A stretch of DNA of 58,994 nt from Octopus bimaculoides (GCF_001194135.2 NC_068981.1:154813130-154872123), one strand, 5' to 3'; numbered from the stretch's first letter, positions 13,040-26,576 are shown. Numbers and translations are program-made. Notes: generated by a model from the sequence alone, not told the origin.

Positions 13040-13275
13040 TAAGGCAGCAAGCTGGCAGAATCATTAGCATGCCAGACAAAATGCCAAGCAGTATTTCATC
13101 TGTCCTTACATTCTGAGTTCAAATTCCTCCGAGGTCGACTTTGCCTTTCATCTTTTCAAGGTCGATAAATTTAGTACCAGTTGCGTACTGGAGTCGATCT
13201 AATCAACTGGTCCCCTCCCACCAAATTTCAGGCCTTGTGCCTATAGTAGAAAGGATTATTATTATTATTATCATC
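13040..13275 (+). mobile_element. tRNA-derived SINE, family A (CpG-retaining, younger copy)
   Basis: Full head-to-tail match including gaggtcgactttgcc and an ATT tail. Confidence 0.9.
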
Positions 13276-14599
13276 ATCATCATCATCATCATTGTTAGGA
13301 GGAGGAGGAGGACGACGATGACAAAGAGGAGGAGGAGGAAAAATGTTATTCCCTATTAGGAAAATGAATTTACTAGTCTTTGTAATCATAATCATGGAAA
13401 ACTATAAGCTTTGTCTTTTTTTCATTTTCTATTTTTTATAAAGGGAAAACAAAATAAATTTTAAAACTATAAAGGAAGCAAGAATACCATTATCCTTTAA
13501 CTGGTTTTGGATTGGATTGTGGCCTGGTTGTGGCATTTGCTTTCTAATCTGTGTTTATATCAATATAAGGCTTGCTGAATATTTCTTTCCTTCTTATATA
13601 TATATATAGTATTTTCTCATATAAGTGGAATACAAGAGGTGAAAATATGAAACAAGGGAAATGCTGAAAATGTTGATCTTTACACTGTGCATGTTTAAGT
13701 GATATTTTGTAAGCTGGGCAGAAGTACAGCTCAAAGGAAAATGAAAATGTCAGTGCAAAGAAGCATAAAGTTTGAACTGTTTTACAGGTGGGAGAATAAT
13801 AGAGCATTCATGCATTTCCCAACTAAAGGCATGAATAATCAATTTCCTGTCTTTTAAAAATGAAAGGGATTCCAACAGAGTTGAACACTTTCATTAGCAT
13901 ATTTCTAATGAAACATACAGCCTATGTTTTTCAATAAATTTTGAAAATAATTAAGAATTTGGAGGGATTTAGTAAAACAGCTAATTTTTCCATTAAATGG
14001 TGCTTGAAACACAAATGTTTCTTGAATAAAATTATGATGGAATGTTTTAATTTCAAATAAACATTTTAAAAGATGAGTGGTTTTGTATTACAGAGTCAGA
14101 GATAATTTTAAGCAGGTTGGTATCAAAATACTTAAACCAGACTTTGTTTAGCAATAACTCACCTTACAGGTGGCTATATCATGGCAACCACCAATAAGGG
14201 CAAATAATATTTCAGATTGGGAAAAGTTAGACATCAGTAGGGAAGAAGTGTAGTCAATTGGATCGGTTTATTGTACATGCTTGGTATTTATTACAATCAA
14301 AGTAAGAGATGAACAGACAGGTTATTGGTTCATGTGCTGGCGGTTTATCTCCAAACACAAATTCTGCACTATGATAATCAACATACCTATCATCTGTTGA
14401 CTCAAACTCCTTAGCTATAAATAGTAAGTTCATGAGTCTGGATGCATTTGTGTGCCAAAAGGAAGAACAGAAGTCTGGTATTTTGGGACTCTTATTTTGA
14501 GAATGAATTTGTGAGAAAAAGAAATTTCTCAAAATTTTCTGAGATTAAGAAACATTAAATTTTTCTCCTTGTGACAAATAAAGTTATCCAGATGCATGA

Positions 14600-17140
14600 A
14601 CTTTCTTCTATAATGTTTATTGATACACACCAGTACCAGTTTCCTTGAATTCTGATTCTTTTACACAAACAGAAAAGTGTAAGCAGAGTTTACTGCTTGC
14701 AATGAGCTAATAGCACTGATTAATGAATGTTTCATTAGTTTATCATTTTTTTTCTGTCTATTTTTCACTATATAACTTCTTTCATCAAGTCTTTTGGTTA
14801 CATTAACAGGTACCTAATCATTTTACACTATTTCCTCAGTCTGAAGATAGATTTTTCATTGATCTGTCATAACACATTTTAGCATTTACCCTTTCAACTA
14901 TTAGATAAGATTGTGAGCACTTAGATGTACCAGAGATGGATATTAGTGATCAGCAGTTGAGTTCATGTTCTTTTACCTAATAGGCAAATTATTCACTCTG
15001 ACCTAGATATATTCTTGTAGTCTTAAAGGGTAGCTTATGAATCATAAGTGGCCTTAGCAGTGATTTCAGGATTCCAGTGTCTCTTTGACATGCTGTCAAA
15101 TTATGGATATGAAGGGCTGGAAGTTCTGTGCTCAACTTGAGTTGGAGAATTGCTTGTCACAGGTTTCAGTAGAACACCATGCCTTGCAAATGGAGATTTG
15201 CAGTGGCCTATGGTTGTTTGGCCTATAGTACCTGGCACTCTACTAGTCCCAAGTAACAAGAAACTGAAAGTTCTTGTACTGATACAAATCTGCCCGAACA
15301 GTTGACCATAACAATCCTGTCACTGATATTGATTTGTCTCCATTTGCTAGTTTCCTTGGGGCTGTATACAGTTATATTTTTAACCAATTCAATGATGTCA
15401 ATTGATATTTCAAGCTAATATACTTCTTTACATACAATGAAAGACCTAAATATGAGTTGTGTACATAGTTAAATTTTTGGCTTCTCTTTGCTTGAAGAAC
15501 AACAGCATTATAGCCTTTAAATTCTATGCTCCAGATATGTATAAACTCAATTTTGCCATTCCAGAAACTCCCAGTAGCATCTGTTAGCAGACAACACTTT
15601 TCAGGTTAGCCATGTACTACAACTTATCACTAATTTAACAAGTTAACTCTCATCAGCAGTCTCAGCTTGCAGGTCAACAATATTTGTATCACTCAAGTGT
15701 TGGCAACAAATCAATTTCATATATTAGACTATTTATCTCAAGAGTGAAAAACTTGTCAAATACTACACAACTATCTGTATCAACAATTTCCAAATCTTTC
15801 CTTTTTCCATATTTTGGAGTGCAATGATAAGTTTCAGAGTAACTTTGGAAAGGAATTTGCTCAGAATTTTATCAAGGCTTTATGATCTATCTCTTCCAAG
15901 AATAATGTACCATACACATACTCGTAAAAGTGATCAGCACCAAAAGTTATTGCTCTTGACTCTTTTTATATCTGACTCCATTTCTCTTCAGTTAGAATTC
16001 ATAATGTGGATGCATAAGCATTTGAATGAACCGTTTTTTTTCCTTTTAAGAAAAGAATCATTTGATAATTTGATTGCTCTGAATGCTATAAGTACAAGTT
16101 TTATTACATCAAAGTAGCTCAATGCTAGCAAAGTACTGAGAGCATGTTTGATACTGTCAAAATTTTTTTCTTTAACCTTATTCCATTGTAATGCACTTAA
16201 ATTTTCTATATGTTCAAGTTGTTGAGTTTTGAGAATTAAATGTAAGCTGATGGTCTTGTGGGTTTAGATGGGTGTTAACTTTGAGTATTTGATTCAAAAA
16301 GAAAAACTTTTGCAACTTGACTGAGAAGAAATACTGAACAGTATGTTACTGCCTCAATTTTAACCTAGCCAAGCTTCAGAAGAAAGAACATAGTTTGTTT
16401 AGCAGATTATTAGGAGTTGATCATTTTTTAAACTTTTTAATAGCTGTCAAGTATAAGATACCAAACTTGCTAAACTTTTTCAGATCAAATAGTCAAACTG
16501 TCTGAATTCTCCACTTACGAGTTTTACAGTATGTTACTATCAATTCTACCTCTTCTTCCTTCAACTTAATGCTGTCATTTTATTATTTTTCTTAATCTTA
16601 CAATGCTGAATTGCTTAATAAATTTGTTCACCAGTTCTTATGGATTAGGAACGGACTCGTTGAATTTGATGATAATATTCAGTGACTGCTTATTTCAGTT
16701 GTTGAATGGTTTCATTGTTTACTACAATTCCTGATTTTGTGCAAAAACCAAAAGCCTGGATATGTTTAAGCCATTGTTTCAACTTATATGCTATTGTTAT
16801 TTGGAAGATTTGCTAATTTATTCTTCTAATTTATGGAAAATTAGAACACCTATGTTTCAACTGATCATATTCTTTGAGAAGAGTCTTAGCTTCCTCAGTG
16901 ATGGATGGTCTGACTTGCAGCTTGTGATCTGTGGAAATACTCTTCTGTTTTGCTTTTTAAAGAATTTTTTAGGGTTGATGTGCATGCATGTGAGTGAATA
17001 TATCATCATCACATCATTTAATGTCTGTTTTCCATGCTGGCATGGGTTGGACAGCTTAGAGCTGCACCAGGTTCGTCTGATTGGCTTGGTTTCTACAGCT
17101 AGATCCCTTCCTGATGCCAACCACATATCACCCAATATAT

Positions 17141-17175
<35 letters not shown>

Positions 17176-17430
17176 CATACATTTTAGGACCTGATGCTCT
17201 TAATATAAAATTCTTTAAATTTGTGAGGCAACCCAAGATTTACAGTCATCACCTCCAATAATTGTTTTCTTGAATATGGTAATCACTACAAAGAACAAGG
17301 AAATAGTCCCTTACAGTAACTAATTTTAATACCCTTATTAGCAAAACTTCTATGCAGTCACTCAGCCTATTAGAACTTGTCAAATTCCATCAAATGTTAA
17401 TTTATTATCTTAATAATGGGGAAGAACACA
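14600..17430 (-). mobile_element. Decayed Ty3/Gypsy pol (RT-RNase H-integrase)
   Basis: AYAS...TEEKWSQI*KESRAITFGADHFYEYVYG (15909-16030, RNase H); FARHGV (15173-15190) and HRTSSPSYP (integrase); RSYIV near 14770. Numerous stops and frameshifts; interrupted by an RTE-tail repeat at 17003-17124. Confidence 0.8.
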
Positions 17431-17439
17431 TTGATCAGT

Positions 17440-17817
17440 ATTCTTTTATTTGTCTCAGTCATTTGACTGCAGCCATGCTGGAGCACCACCTTTTAGTTGA
17501 ACAAATAAACCCCAGGATCTATTCTTTGTAAGCCAAGTACTTATTCTATTGGTCTCTTATGCCGAACTGCTAAGTTATGGGGACGTAAACACACCAACAT
17601 CAGTTGTCAAGTGATGGTGGGGGGACAAACACAGACACACAAACATATACACATATATATATATGACGGGCTTCTTTCAGTTTCCGTCTACCAAATCTAC
17701 TCACAAGGCTTTAGTCAGCCCGAGGCTATCTTAGAAGACACTTGCCCAAGGTGCCATGCAGTGGGACTGAACCCGGAACCATGTGGTTGGTAAGCAGGCT
17801 ATTTACCACACAGCCAT
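17440..17817 (-). mobile_element. tRNA-derived SINE, family B
   Basis: Reverse complement of ggctgtgtggtaa...ggttccgggttcagtcccactgc head and ...ccagcatggctgcagtcaaatgactga tail. Confidence 0.9.
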
Positions 17818-18156
17818 GTACAAAAAAAATGAGATGGTCATGGCTTGAAGGTCTTTGATAATGTCCACTCATAGCTAATGTGGAACTAAACAACAATTAA
17901 TCAAGCTAACAAGGGAGTTTTAGTGTGGTCACTCAATATGCTAGAAATAGCAGCCAAACTCTCTTCAAACTATACTTTATCTTAAGGAAGAACACAGTAC
18001 ATTACATAGTCTTGAAAGTGAGGTGTGATGGTCAGGGATGAAATGCTTTGGTCAAAGGTCTGCTTGATCAGAGTTTAGCTGTTGCTAAACAACAACATAT
18101 AATTTGGAGGTGTATGAATGAATTCTTGAAGATAGAGAACAATAAGCACTAAGGTA

Positions 18157-18570
18157 CATCATCATCATCATCGTCATTTAACGTCCGCTTTCCATGCTAG
18201 CATGGGTTGGACGATTTGAGTGAGGACTGGCAAGCCAGAAGGCTGCACCAGGCTCCAATCTGATCTGGCAGAGTTTCTACAGCTGGATGCCCTTCCTAAT
18301 GTCAACCACTCCGAGAGTGTAGTGGGTGCTTTTACGTGCCACCGGCACGAGGGCCAGTCACACAGTACTGGCAACAGCCTCGCTCAAAAGATGTTTTTTA
18401 CATGCCAACTGCACGGGAGCCAATCCAGCGGCACTGGCAACTACTTTGCTCGAATGATTTTCTAACGTACCACCAGTACAAGTGCTAGAAGGCGACGCTG
18501 GTAACGATTACGCTCAAATAGTGCTATTTACGGGCCACTAGCACGGAAGCCAGACAGCTGCTCTGGCAAG
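18157..18570 (-). mobile_element. RTE-type 3' UTR/SINE tail with internal subrepeats
   Basis: (CAT)n tail, tttaacgtccgctttccatgctagcatggg and cagctggatgcccttcctaa blocks shared with 35396, 43738, 52779 and 58634. Confidence 0.85.
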
Positions 18571-19503
18571 AGAACAGACTTCCTCAAATGCTCAGGGGGA
18601 TCCTTAAAAGTAGTAGATAGCTTCTGTTACCTAGGCGACCAAGTTAGCAGTGGAGGAGGAAGTTCTGAAAGCATATCTGCTAGAATAAGAATGGGCTAGG
18701 CAAAGTTCAGAAAGCTACTATCTTTCTTAACTAACTCAGAGTGAAAGGCACACTGTATGATGCCTGTGTACATACAGCTATGCTACATGGCAATGAAACA
18801 TGGGCTATAACTATAGAGGACTTGCAAAGGCTTAAAAGAAATGAAGCCAGTATACTCTGCTAGATGGGTAATGTCAGTGTACACATATGACAGAATGTAA
18901 ACAATTTAAGAGGAAAACTGGGTATAAAAGGCATTAGATGTTGTGTGCAAGAGAGAAGACTGCTGGTATGGTCATGTGATGCAAATGGAGGAGGACAGTT
19001 GCTTAAAGATGTGCTGATCTCTAATTGTGGAGAAAACCTGTAGGAGGGGTAGATCCAAGAAGATATGGGACAAGGTGGTGAAAAAGGATTTTCAGATGCT
19101 GGTCTTCACTGAAGAGATGACAAGGGACTGGGACTTGTGATGATTTGCTGTACATGAGAAGACACATCAGGCTAAGTAAAATTGTTGCCATCCGTACATA
19201 CAGGCATGTTCTTTATGGCCATCCCCCCACTCCCTCTTCCAGCTAAGATGTCTGTGTTTTGCAGGTACCAGTGCCACTTAAAACGCACTTGTGCTGGTGC
19301 CATGTAGAAGCACCCATGCCAGTGGCACATAAAAAGCACCCAGCACACTCTGTGAAGTGGTTGGCATTAGGAAGGGCATCCAGCTGTAGAAACTATGCCA
19401 AAACAAACAATTGGAGTCTGTACAGCTTTCTGGCTGACCAGCCCCTGTCAAACAGTCTAACCCATGCCAGCATGGAAAATGAACATTAAACGATGATGAT
19501 GAT
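18571..19503 (+). mobile_element. 5'-truncated RTE/BovB-like LINE
   Basis: VVDSFCYLGDQVSSGGGSSESISARIRMG; LYDACVHTAMLHGNETW; then the 3' UTR ttaggaagggcatccagctgtagaaac and a (GAT)n tail. Confidence 0.9.
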
Positions 19504-19774
19504 GAGAGTATTTTTACCAGAGACCCTGTTCAATGTAGGTAATAAAATATGTACAAGGATGGAAAGTTCTGTAGATTCCACTTAACTGCATAGCTTCAGC
19601 CATGAAATTCTTATATTAGAAACTAATTTACCTAAGTGATGTATTACAAGATTTCAATACATTGTATTTGTGGTTATGTATTCTGACAGTTTGTATAAAA
19701 TATACACTTGAAAATTGATTAATGGAGACAAGAAAAGGCACTGTCAGAACTACCTTGTACAATGAATGAAGAAT

Positions 19775-20100
19775 TTCTTTCTTGGAGCCATGTGCTTTCT
19801 TACTGTTTCCCAGTTGTCTCGATAAGTTTCAAGCCAAAGCGAGATGAAAATGAAGATTCTGTTAAAGGGCTGCAAACATCAGTTGTTTCAAAAGCAATTG
19901 TTTGGAAAATATAGTTAAAAAATAACATTGAATGTTTATAAATCTTTATATGTTCTATTGATAAATTGCCAGATCCCACAAGAACAGCATAATCAAGGAT
20001 ATGACTTACAGCAAAAGAATCTACCACAATGGTATCTCAAAGTGAATACCATCCTCCATGAAATCATACTGTCTAATCTTTTGCCATGAGGATAAAAAAA
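19775..20100 (-). mobile_element. Gypsy gag fragment (second copy of 24474-24722)
   Basis: About 250-bp direct repeat of 24474-24722; minus strand reads YDFMEDG...DSFAVSHILDYAV...IEHIKIY...FSSRFGLKL, resembling gag of K02A2.6-type Gypsy elements. Confidence 0.55.
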
Positions 20101-21688
20101 AATAACAACTGTTCCAGAACAGAATATTGATTAAGCAAATGTTTGTTTACTATCCTGTTGATCTCCTAGTGTCTTGTAAACTTACCAGCATTTAAGTGGC
20201 AGAAAAGTCTATGTAATCCCAAGTAATTCATGGATTTTCTGCATCATTTGCATAGAGCACAAATATAAACATTCTGACTCTCAATGACATCATAATTCAT
20301 CACTACTCAGTAAATTGTTATTGTTAGCAATTGGTGGGGCATTGATCCACAAAGCTGAATGTTTACTTTGTGTAACTAATATATAGGCACAAGTCCAGTG
20401 ATTACAATTCATTAACAAAAAGTTAAATTTAGATCTTATCAAAGTAGTATCTCACCCTCATTATTATGTTCTAGCTGAAGGTACCTCCCTGTTCAAACTT
20501 GTCTGCTCTACTAAAGACACATCTACTTCCCTAAAGGAACAAGAATTTTTGTTAATACAAGAAGAGAATGTGATTTTCTAGGGGCAAAAAAGCAAAGCAT
20601 TGAAAGAGTTTTGTAGCAGAAGAAACTCAGCCCACCATTACTTGGTGGTAAAGGGGTTTTGCCAAGTTAAGTTCCTGACATTTTGCATGACAAGTGGGCC
20701 AAGATTACTTAAAAGATTAACAAATTGAAAAGTTGGACTGTTTCTTAAACAACAAATCAGTTTTGGTAGCAACAGACATTGATAGATTTCAATATAATCA
20801 ATATTATTAAGAGTATGCAAATTTTGTAACATTGTTGAGATAGCTGTTGACATAGAAGAGTTGGTTAATGGTGCTCCAAAGAGCAACCAGTGTAGCAGTT
20901 GAGACTCAATAATTGATGGAATATATCACCTGAACTTGTCTACTACACTTTTGTGCTCATCTAAAATAAGTTCACATTAAGCATTATTCATATTTAGTCC
21001 AAGATCATGTAGTTCTTTCCTAAGTCATTCAGCAAAGTTCAGCACTTAGACTAGATTACCATAATTACAAGCATCATCAAACTAACAAAACATTCAACTC
21101 AGCCAACACACTTATAGTAGCATTATTGATTGTCAAACAGATCTATCCGTTGAATCACTGACTGAGGAAATAACTGATTTAGTTCAAATGACAAATGAGA
21201 TTACAATGGATAACAACACCAGATGAACTGTTACACATTTGGGAGAGTCTTCATTAGTGATGAGCAATTTGTCATGATTGATCAAAGAGCCTTCGAGATG
21301 TTGAACTTGAGAACAACTTTAGAGTTATTGTGTTCACAGTTCAGATAAGTACTGACAGTATGCAGAGATGTCTCACATCCAGGAAGCATAATGACACCCA
21401 ACTGAATAGGCAACAATTAATGAGAAAGATCCCTCACAGGTGGTTTCAAAATAGTCTTTGATGAAAGTTGGTGATAAAAACAACTAGATGCAATGGTTGT
21501 AAGCTACCATTTGGTATAACAAAATCAATCAAATTAGCTCCAAATGAAATAGATCTGGGACTCGTCAGGAATTTGATGAATAATATGAGGACAAGAGATC
21601 AATGCCAACTTTCTCTGTTAGGATATCTGATAAAAACATGGGGTCCAAAAATTGAGTTTTCAGTTCAGTGGACGCACATAGTTTACAC

Positions 21689-24103
21689 CAGTGTTTCTCA
21701 ACCGGGGGCGAATCGCCCCCTTGGGTGTGAAAATCAAATTTTGTGGGGCGATGAGTGCAGTCTTCGACTGTACTCACAATAGGCAATTACGCATCCAGTG
21801 CATCATGACAAGGGCTCTTCTCAATAATTGCGGTCAAGCCGTAAAACCAACACTTTTTCTTAATTCAAATACAGCAACTATGTGCCTCAGTAAGTGCATT
21901 ATTTTCCAGGATTTAGTTCATCGGTTTATAATGACTCATTCATCACTGAATTTCTTACTCTTGTTACTATAACACTGGCCACCAGGCTGTGTGATTCATT
22001 GAATACATGGTGCTCGCCTGAATTTGACGTTCTCTCTCTTAACTGTCGGACACAGATATAATAGTCAGTTTAGTGTTTACTAATTTGCATTCGTTCTCAC
22101 CCACTTTTTATGGCAGGCCCAGTGAAAAAGAAGTGTCGACAGTATATCGATGAATACTTATAATATGGTTTTATCAAGAACTCGATAGACCCAATGCAGC
22201 CTTTTTGTCTCGTGTGTCATCAATCTTTGTCCAATGAAACCATGAAGCCCTCTTGACTCTCTGACAACATGAGAAGAAAACACCCTGGAAAAGTCGGTAA
22301 GCCTATCAAATATTTTGAGGGACTGAAAACTGATTTTGAAAATCGGAGTACTGTTAAATCATTATTTAAGAAACAGACAAAAATTAATGACGGTGGAGTG
22401 ATTGCTTCCAACAAAATTGCAGAAATTATTGCAAAATTAGGTAGTGCACATACGGTAGCTGAAAAGATTATTGTGCCTGCAGTAGAAGCAGTAATATCAG
22501 AAGTTATGACTCAAAATCCTTCATTTATCAATAAAGCTCTACCTTTGAGTAATGATTCTATCCATAGGAGAATTGATGAAATGTCAGGCCATATCAAAGA
22601 CATACCAATTCAAAGATTGAAGACAACAAATTCTTCTGTTCAAATCGACGAAAGTACAGTTATTGACAATAAGGCCCTTTTAATGGGATATGTATGATAC
22701 TTTGATACAACTTGTGTATTACAAGATTTATTATTTGTAAAACTGTTGGAGACTGACACAACGGATGCTTCTATATTTTCTGCAGTGAAAATGGTTTTTG
22801 AAGAAAATGAAATTCCATATTATGAAAATTTAGTTTCATGTGCTACTGACGGTGCAATGTCTATGGTTGGGAGACACAAAGGATTTATCTCTCATTTAAA
22901 AACGTAGTGCCCCACAATTCTAGTTATACACTGTGTGCTACAGAGGCATAACCACATGGCCAAAAATATAAGCCCTATTCTGAATCAGTCATTGAACACT
23001 GTTACAAAAACAATAAGCAAAATCAAATCTAACAGTAAATGTGACCATCTTTTTAGAAAATTTTGTGTCAATGCTGACGAACAATGTATAAGACTTCTTT
23101 TGCATACTGATATCCGTTGGCTATCCAAAGGCAACTGCTTGGAAAGATTAGTAAACTTATTTAATATAATGGTTGTGTTCTTACAAACAGAAGGACACTC
23201 AGACTTAGCAGCAGAAATTCAAGCTCAAAAGAAGAACATACACTATCTTAGTTGGATTTTCCATTAGCTGAACGAGGTCTCTCTTCTGCTGCAGGGAAAA
23301 ATGATAACACTGATAGACTGTAAACAGGTGATGAGAGTTTTTGTTGAAAAACTCAATCTTTTTCAAGTTAATTTAAAACTAAGACAGTTTCATAATATCC
23401 CCGAACTAGTGGAAATCAACTTATCTGAAAATGGCATTGGTATTTATTGTGACCATCTGTCTGCCTTGGAAATGATTTAGAAACCAGATTTTCTGATTTA
23501 TTTAACTTCACTATTCAGCCATGGATGATTAGCCCGTTCAAATGTGATCCTCACAGCGCACACGTAAATATCTATGAGGAAGTCATTGAGATGAAATGTA
23601 ATGATGAATTTTAAATTAAGTTCAAAAAAAAAGATTGTCTGAATTTTGGAAATCAGACACTGTAAAATCACTATCCAAATTTGTGGTCACAATTGTCGAA
23701 AATCCTTTTGTTTCTTGACATCAAATCTTGTTGAAACTGGATTTAGTACTGTCAATCACATTTTGCAGAAGGAAAGAAACAGATTAGACATTATTTCACA
23801 TGGAGATATTCATATCTGTTTGAGTAGCATTAAGCCTGACATTGGATTTTTAGCGGAACATCACCAATCTCAGGACTCACACTAGTTAGTCCTTTTCTAC
23901 ATTTAAATTTAGAATAAAGTTTTATTTTAATTCCTTTTTCTTTTGCCTTTACATGTACAAAAGTTTTTTAGTGTTGATTAGTTGTAATTACATTATATTT
24001 AATATTTGTTATCATTATTTAGTGGGCGATTATCAATTAGCTTACATCAAAAATAGCTCTTAGGGGGAGGGGGCAATGGCTGGGAAAAGGTTGAGAACCA
24101 CTG
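21689..24103 (+). mobile_element. Full-length hAT DNA transposon (Buster/Charlie group)
   Basis: TIRs cagtgtttctcaacc / ggttgagaaccactg; imperfect 8-bp TSD gtttacac (21681-21688) / gtttaaaa (24104-24111). Confidence 0.93.
22110..23885 (+). pseudogene. hAT transposase pseudogene (ZBED5/SCAND3/FAM200-like)
   Basis: MAGPVKKKCRQYIDEYL*YGFI...CLVC...NETMKPS*L...KHP (BED finger); QIDEST; ATDGA; LLLHTDIRWLSKG; VETGFS. Several stops and frameshifts. Confidence 0.92.
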
Positions 24104-24844
24104 GTTTAAAAAGATTTAAAAAGCAAACACCATTCAACAGTTTGATAAGTGATTGAGTGAAGTACTTTTTGGAATTCAAAATAATAAGGTATTTTGTTTG
24201 CTTCAAATGTTGCAGGAATTGAAAAACACTCCTCCAATGACAAAGCAGTCATTAACTTGAGATGATTGGTAAGTGTTTTCTGATCAAGACAGGGCATGCA
24301 AATCCAATTCATTAAACCTCAGTTTGTCGTCAAGTCATTCCCAAACACTTACAATGATAAGATTGACAGCACTCATGACAGTCAACTATCACCGTGAGCT
24401 GATTAACTTTGAGTCGTACTCTGATGACATTACTTTGTATTATTGGTTGTAAGGCATATTTGGATTGATTACATTTCTTTCTTGGAGCCATGAGCTTTCT
24501 TACTGTTTCCCATTAGTCTTCATGAGTTTCAAACCAACGCAAGATGAAAATGAAGATTCTGTTAAAGGGATGTAAACATCAATTGTTTCAAAAGCAATCG
24601 GTTGAAAAATATAGTTAGAAAATAACATTGAATATTTATAAATCTTTATATGCTCTATTGATAAATTGCCAGATCCCACAAGAACAGCACAATCAAGGAT
24701 ATAACTTACAACAAAAGAATTCTCTCTTTATAGCACCATTGCAATTACTCTCACATGCACTTATATAATGTAGGATAGCCATGTTTCTCCTCAACAGTAA
24801 GAAAATCCTTCCTGTCCTTCATTCATTCTTTTCCATCTCAATAT

Positions 24845-26576
24845 GGTTAATATGTAGTTTAACTCCTGGTCAACAAAACCAAAAGAAAAAAAACGAAAGA
24901 AACAGTCTAATAGGTGTTTAAAAAATGTGTAAAAAACGAATATGAAAACAAAAGTTTGCGCAAACGAATGGTGGGGTGGGGAGAGGACTTTGGAAAATTC
25001 GCAAGATCCAATTTTTCCCTCGTAACTTTCAGGAAAATGGATATATATTAATGAAATTTTATAGAAATACCATTCAAATGGCATAGTTTACGATTATAAA
25101 GAAATTTGTGGGGAAAATATTTTCCAAAGTGGTAGGGAGAGGATTTCGGAAAATTCACATGATCCAATTTTTTGCCTCATAACTTTCAGGAAAATGGATA
25201 TTTTTTAGTGAAATTTTACAGAAACACCTTTCAAATAGCATAGATTACAATTATAAAGAAATTTGTGGAGAAAATGTTTTCTGAAGTGGTGGGTAGAGGA
25301 CTTTCAGAAAATTCACATGATCTGATTTTTTTCCTTCATAACTTTCAGGATCTAGTTTAGCACCTGGTCACCAAAACATTAAAAGAAAATAAAACCAGTC
25401 TACTAGGTGTAAAAAAGTATGTAGAAAACGAATATGGAAACGGAAATTTGCATAAACATACATACCTTCACCTTGGTTGGTAATTATTTGACAGAAACAA
25501 TTCAAGAGAGGAAGGTATAATTTGGCTGCCTCTATGAAGAACTTCTTCATGTTGAAAAGTTATAAATAAATATCTTGTAAGATTTTGATCGAATTCCTGG
25601 CTTTTGGATTGATTCTTTTATGTCTTTCCAAAGACTTTCAATGTTTTGTGTGTATATGTTTCTATGTGTGCTATCTTCAAAATTGTTAGAGTGAGGCATT
25701 TTCGCATCATTGTTTCAATGTTGGCATATCACTATTTGGTAATACTCCGTGTGAATGAAGGAACTCAGGTGACTTTTGATCGTTACAATGAAAAGTGCTG
25801 ATGCATTCATAGTAATCAAAATTAGAATTTTCACAAATATTGAAATTCTCCATTCCTGAGCACTAGTTTGCAAACGTGACGATATCGAAATTGAAATGAA
25901 GAGTAGTTTTGAAGTAAACCTCACCATGGAATTTCGAACAGCATAGATTACGATGATAAAGAAAAAACAGATTGTGTGAATTTTCCCACAGTTCTCTCCC
26001 CACCTCTTCAAAAAACATTTTCCCCACAAATTTCTTTATAATTGTAATCTATGCTGTTTGAAATGTGCTTCTGTAAAATTTCAATGAAAGATATCCATTT
26101 TCCTGGAAATTATGAGGGAAAAAATCAGATTGTGTGAATTTTCTGAAAGTCCTCTCCACACTTATTTTTCATTTTCGTTTTCTACACATTTTTTTAACAC
26201 CTAGTAGACTGGGTTGTTTTCATTTTGGTGACCAGGTGCTAAACTAAATCCTGAAAGTTATGAGGGAAGAAAATGGTCCATGTGAATTTTCCGAAATCCT
26301 TTCACAACCCCTTTGGAAAAACATTTTCTCCACAAATTTCTTTATAATCGTAATCTATACCTTTTAAACAGTATTTTTTTAATAAAATTTCAATAATATA
26401 TATCCATTTTCCTGAAAGTTATGAGAGAAAAATCAGATCTTGTGAATTTTCTGAAAATCCCCTCCCCTGTTAGTGCAAACTTTTGTTTCATATTCGTTTT
26501 CTATGCATTTTCTTTACACCTATTAGACTGTTTTCTTTTTTCTTTTTGTGAGCGGGAATTAAACTATATATTAACC
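24845..26576 (-). mobile_element. Merlin (IS1595-family) DNA transposon with foldback-like modular long TIRs
   Basis: GG...CC termini (ggttaatatgtagtttaa / ttaaactatatattaacc); 8-bp TSD ctcaatat/ctcaataa; arms of about 600 bp built from 156-bp subrepeats; central minus-strand transposase remnant. Confidence 0.85.
25515..25880 (-). pseudogene. Merlin/IS1595 DDE transposase C-terminal remnant
   Basis: IVTIKSHLSSFIHTEYY (cf. II..HV.PGS.IHTD.W) and PHSNNFEDSTHRNIYTQNIESLWKDIK (cf. NHS.NFVDP.TG.HTQNIESLW); TQNIESLW at 25628-25651. Confidence 0.8.

Larger units (their letters stand above)
20640..24722 (-). mobile_element. Decayed Gypsy element (gag 24106-24722; protease/RT 20640-21688) interrupted by a hAT
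   Basis: LDPMFLSDI (protease-like, cf. LDTASDI); LFG...ISTMLQNL...IDYI (RT-like); continuity across the hAT insertion. Confidence 0.55.

Noticed and set aside
14163-14532. 92-aa minus ORF and a perfect AAG|GTGAGT donor at 14163
   Set aside because: Lies directly 3' of the Gypsy pol (probable LTR/UTR); no acceptor gives a consistent open exon.
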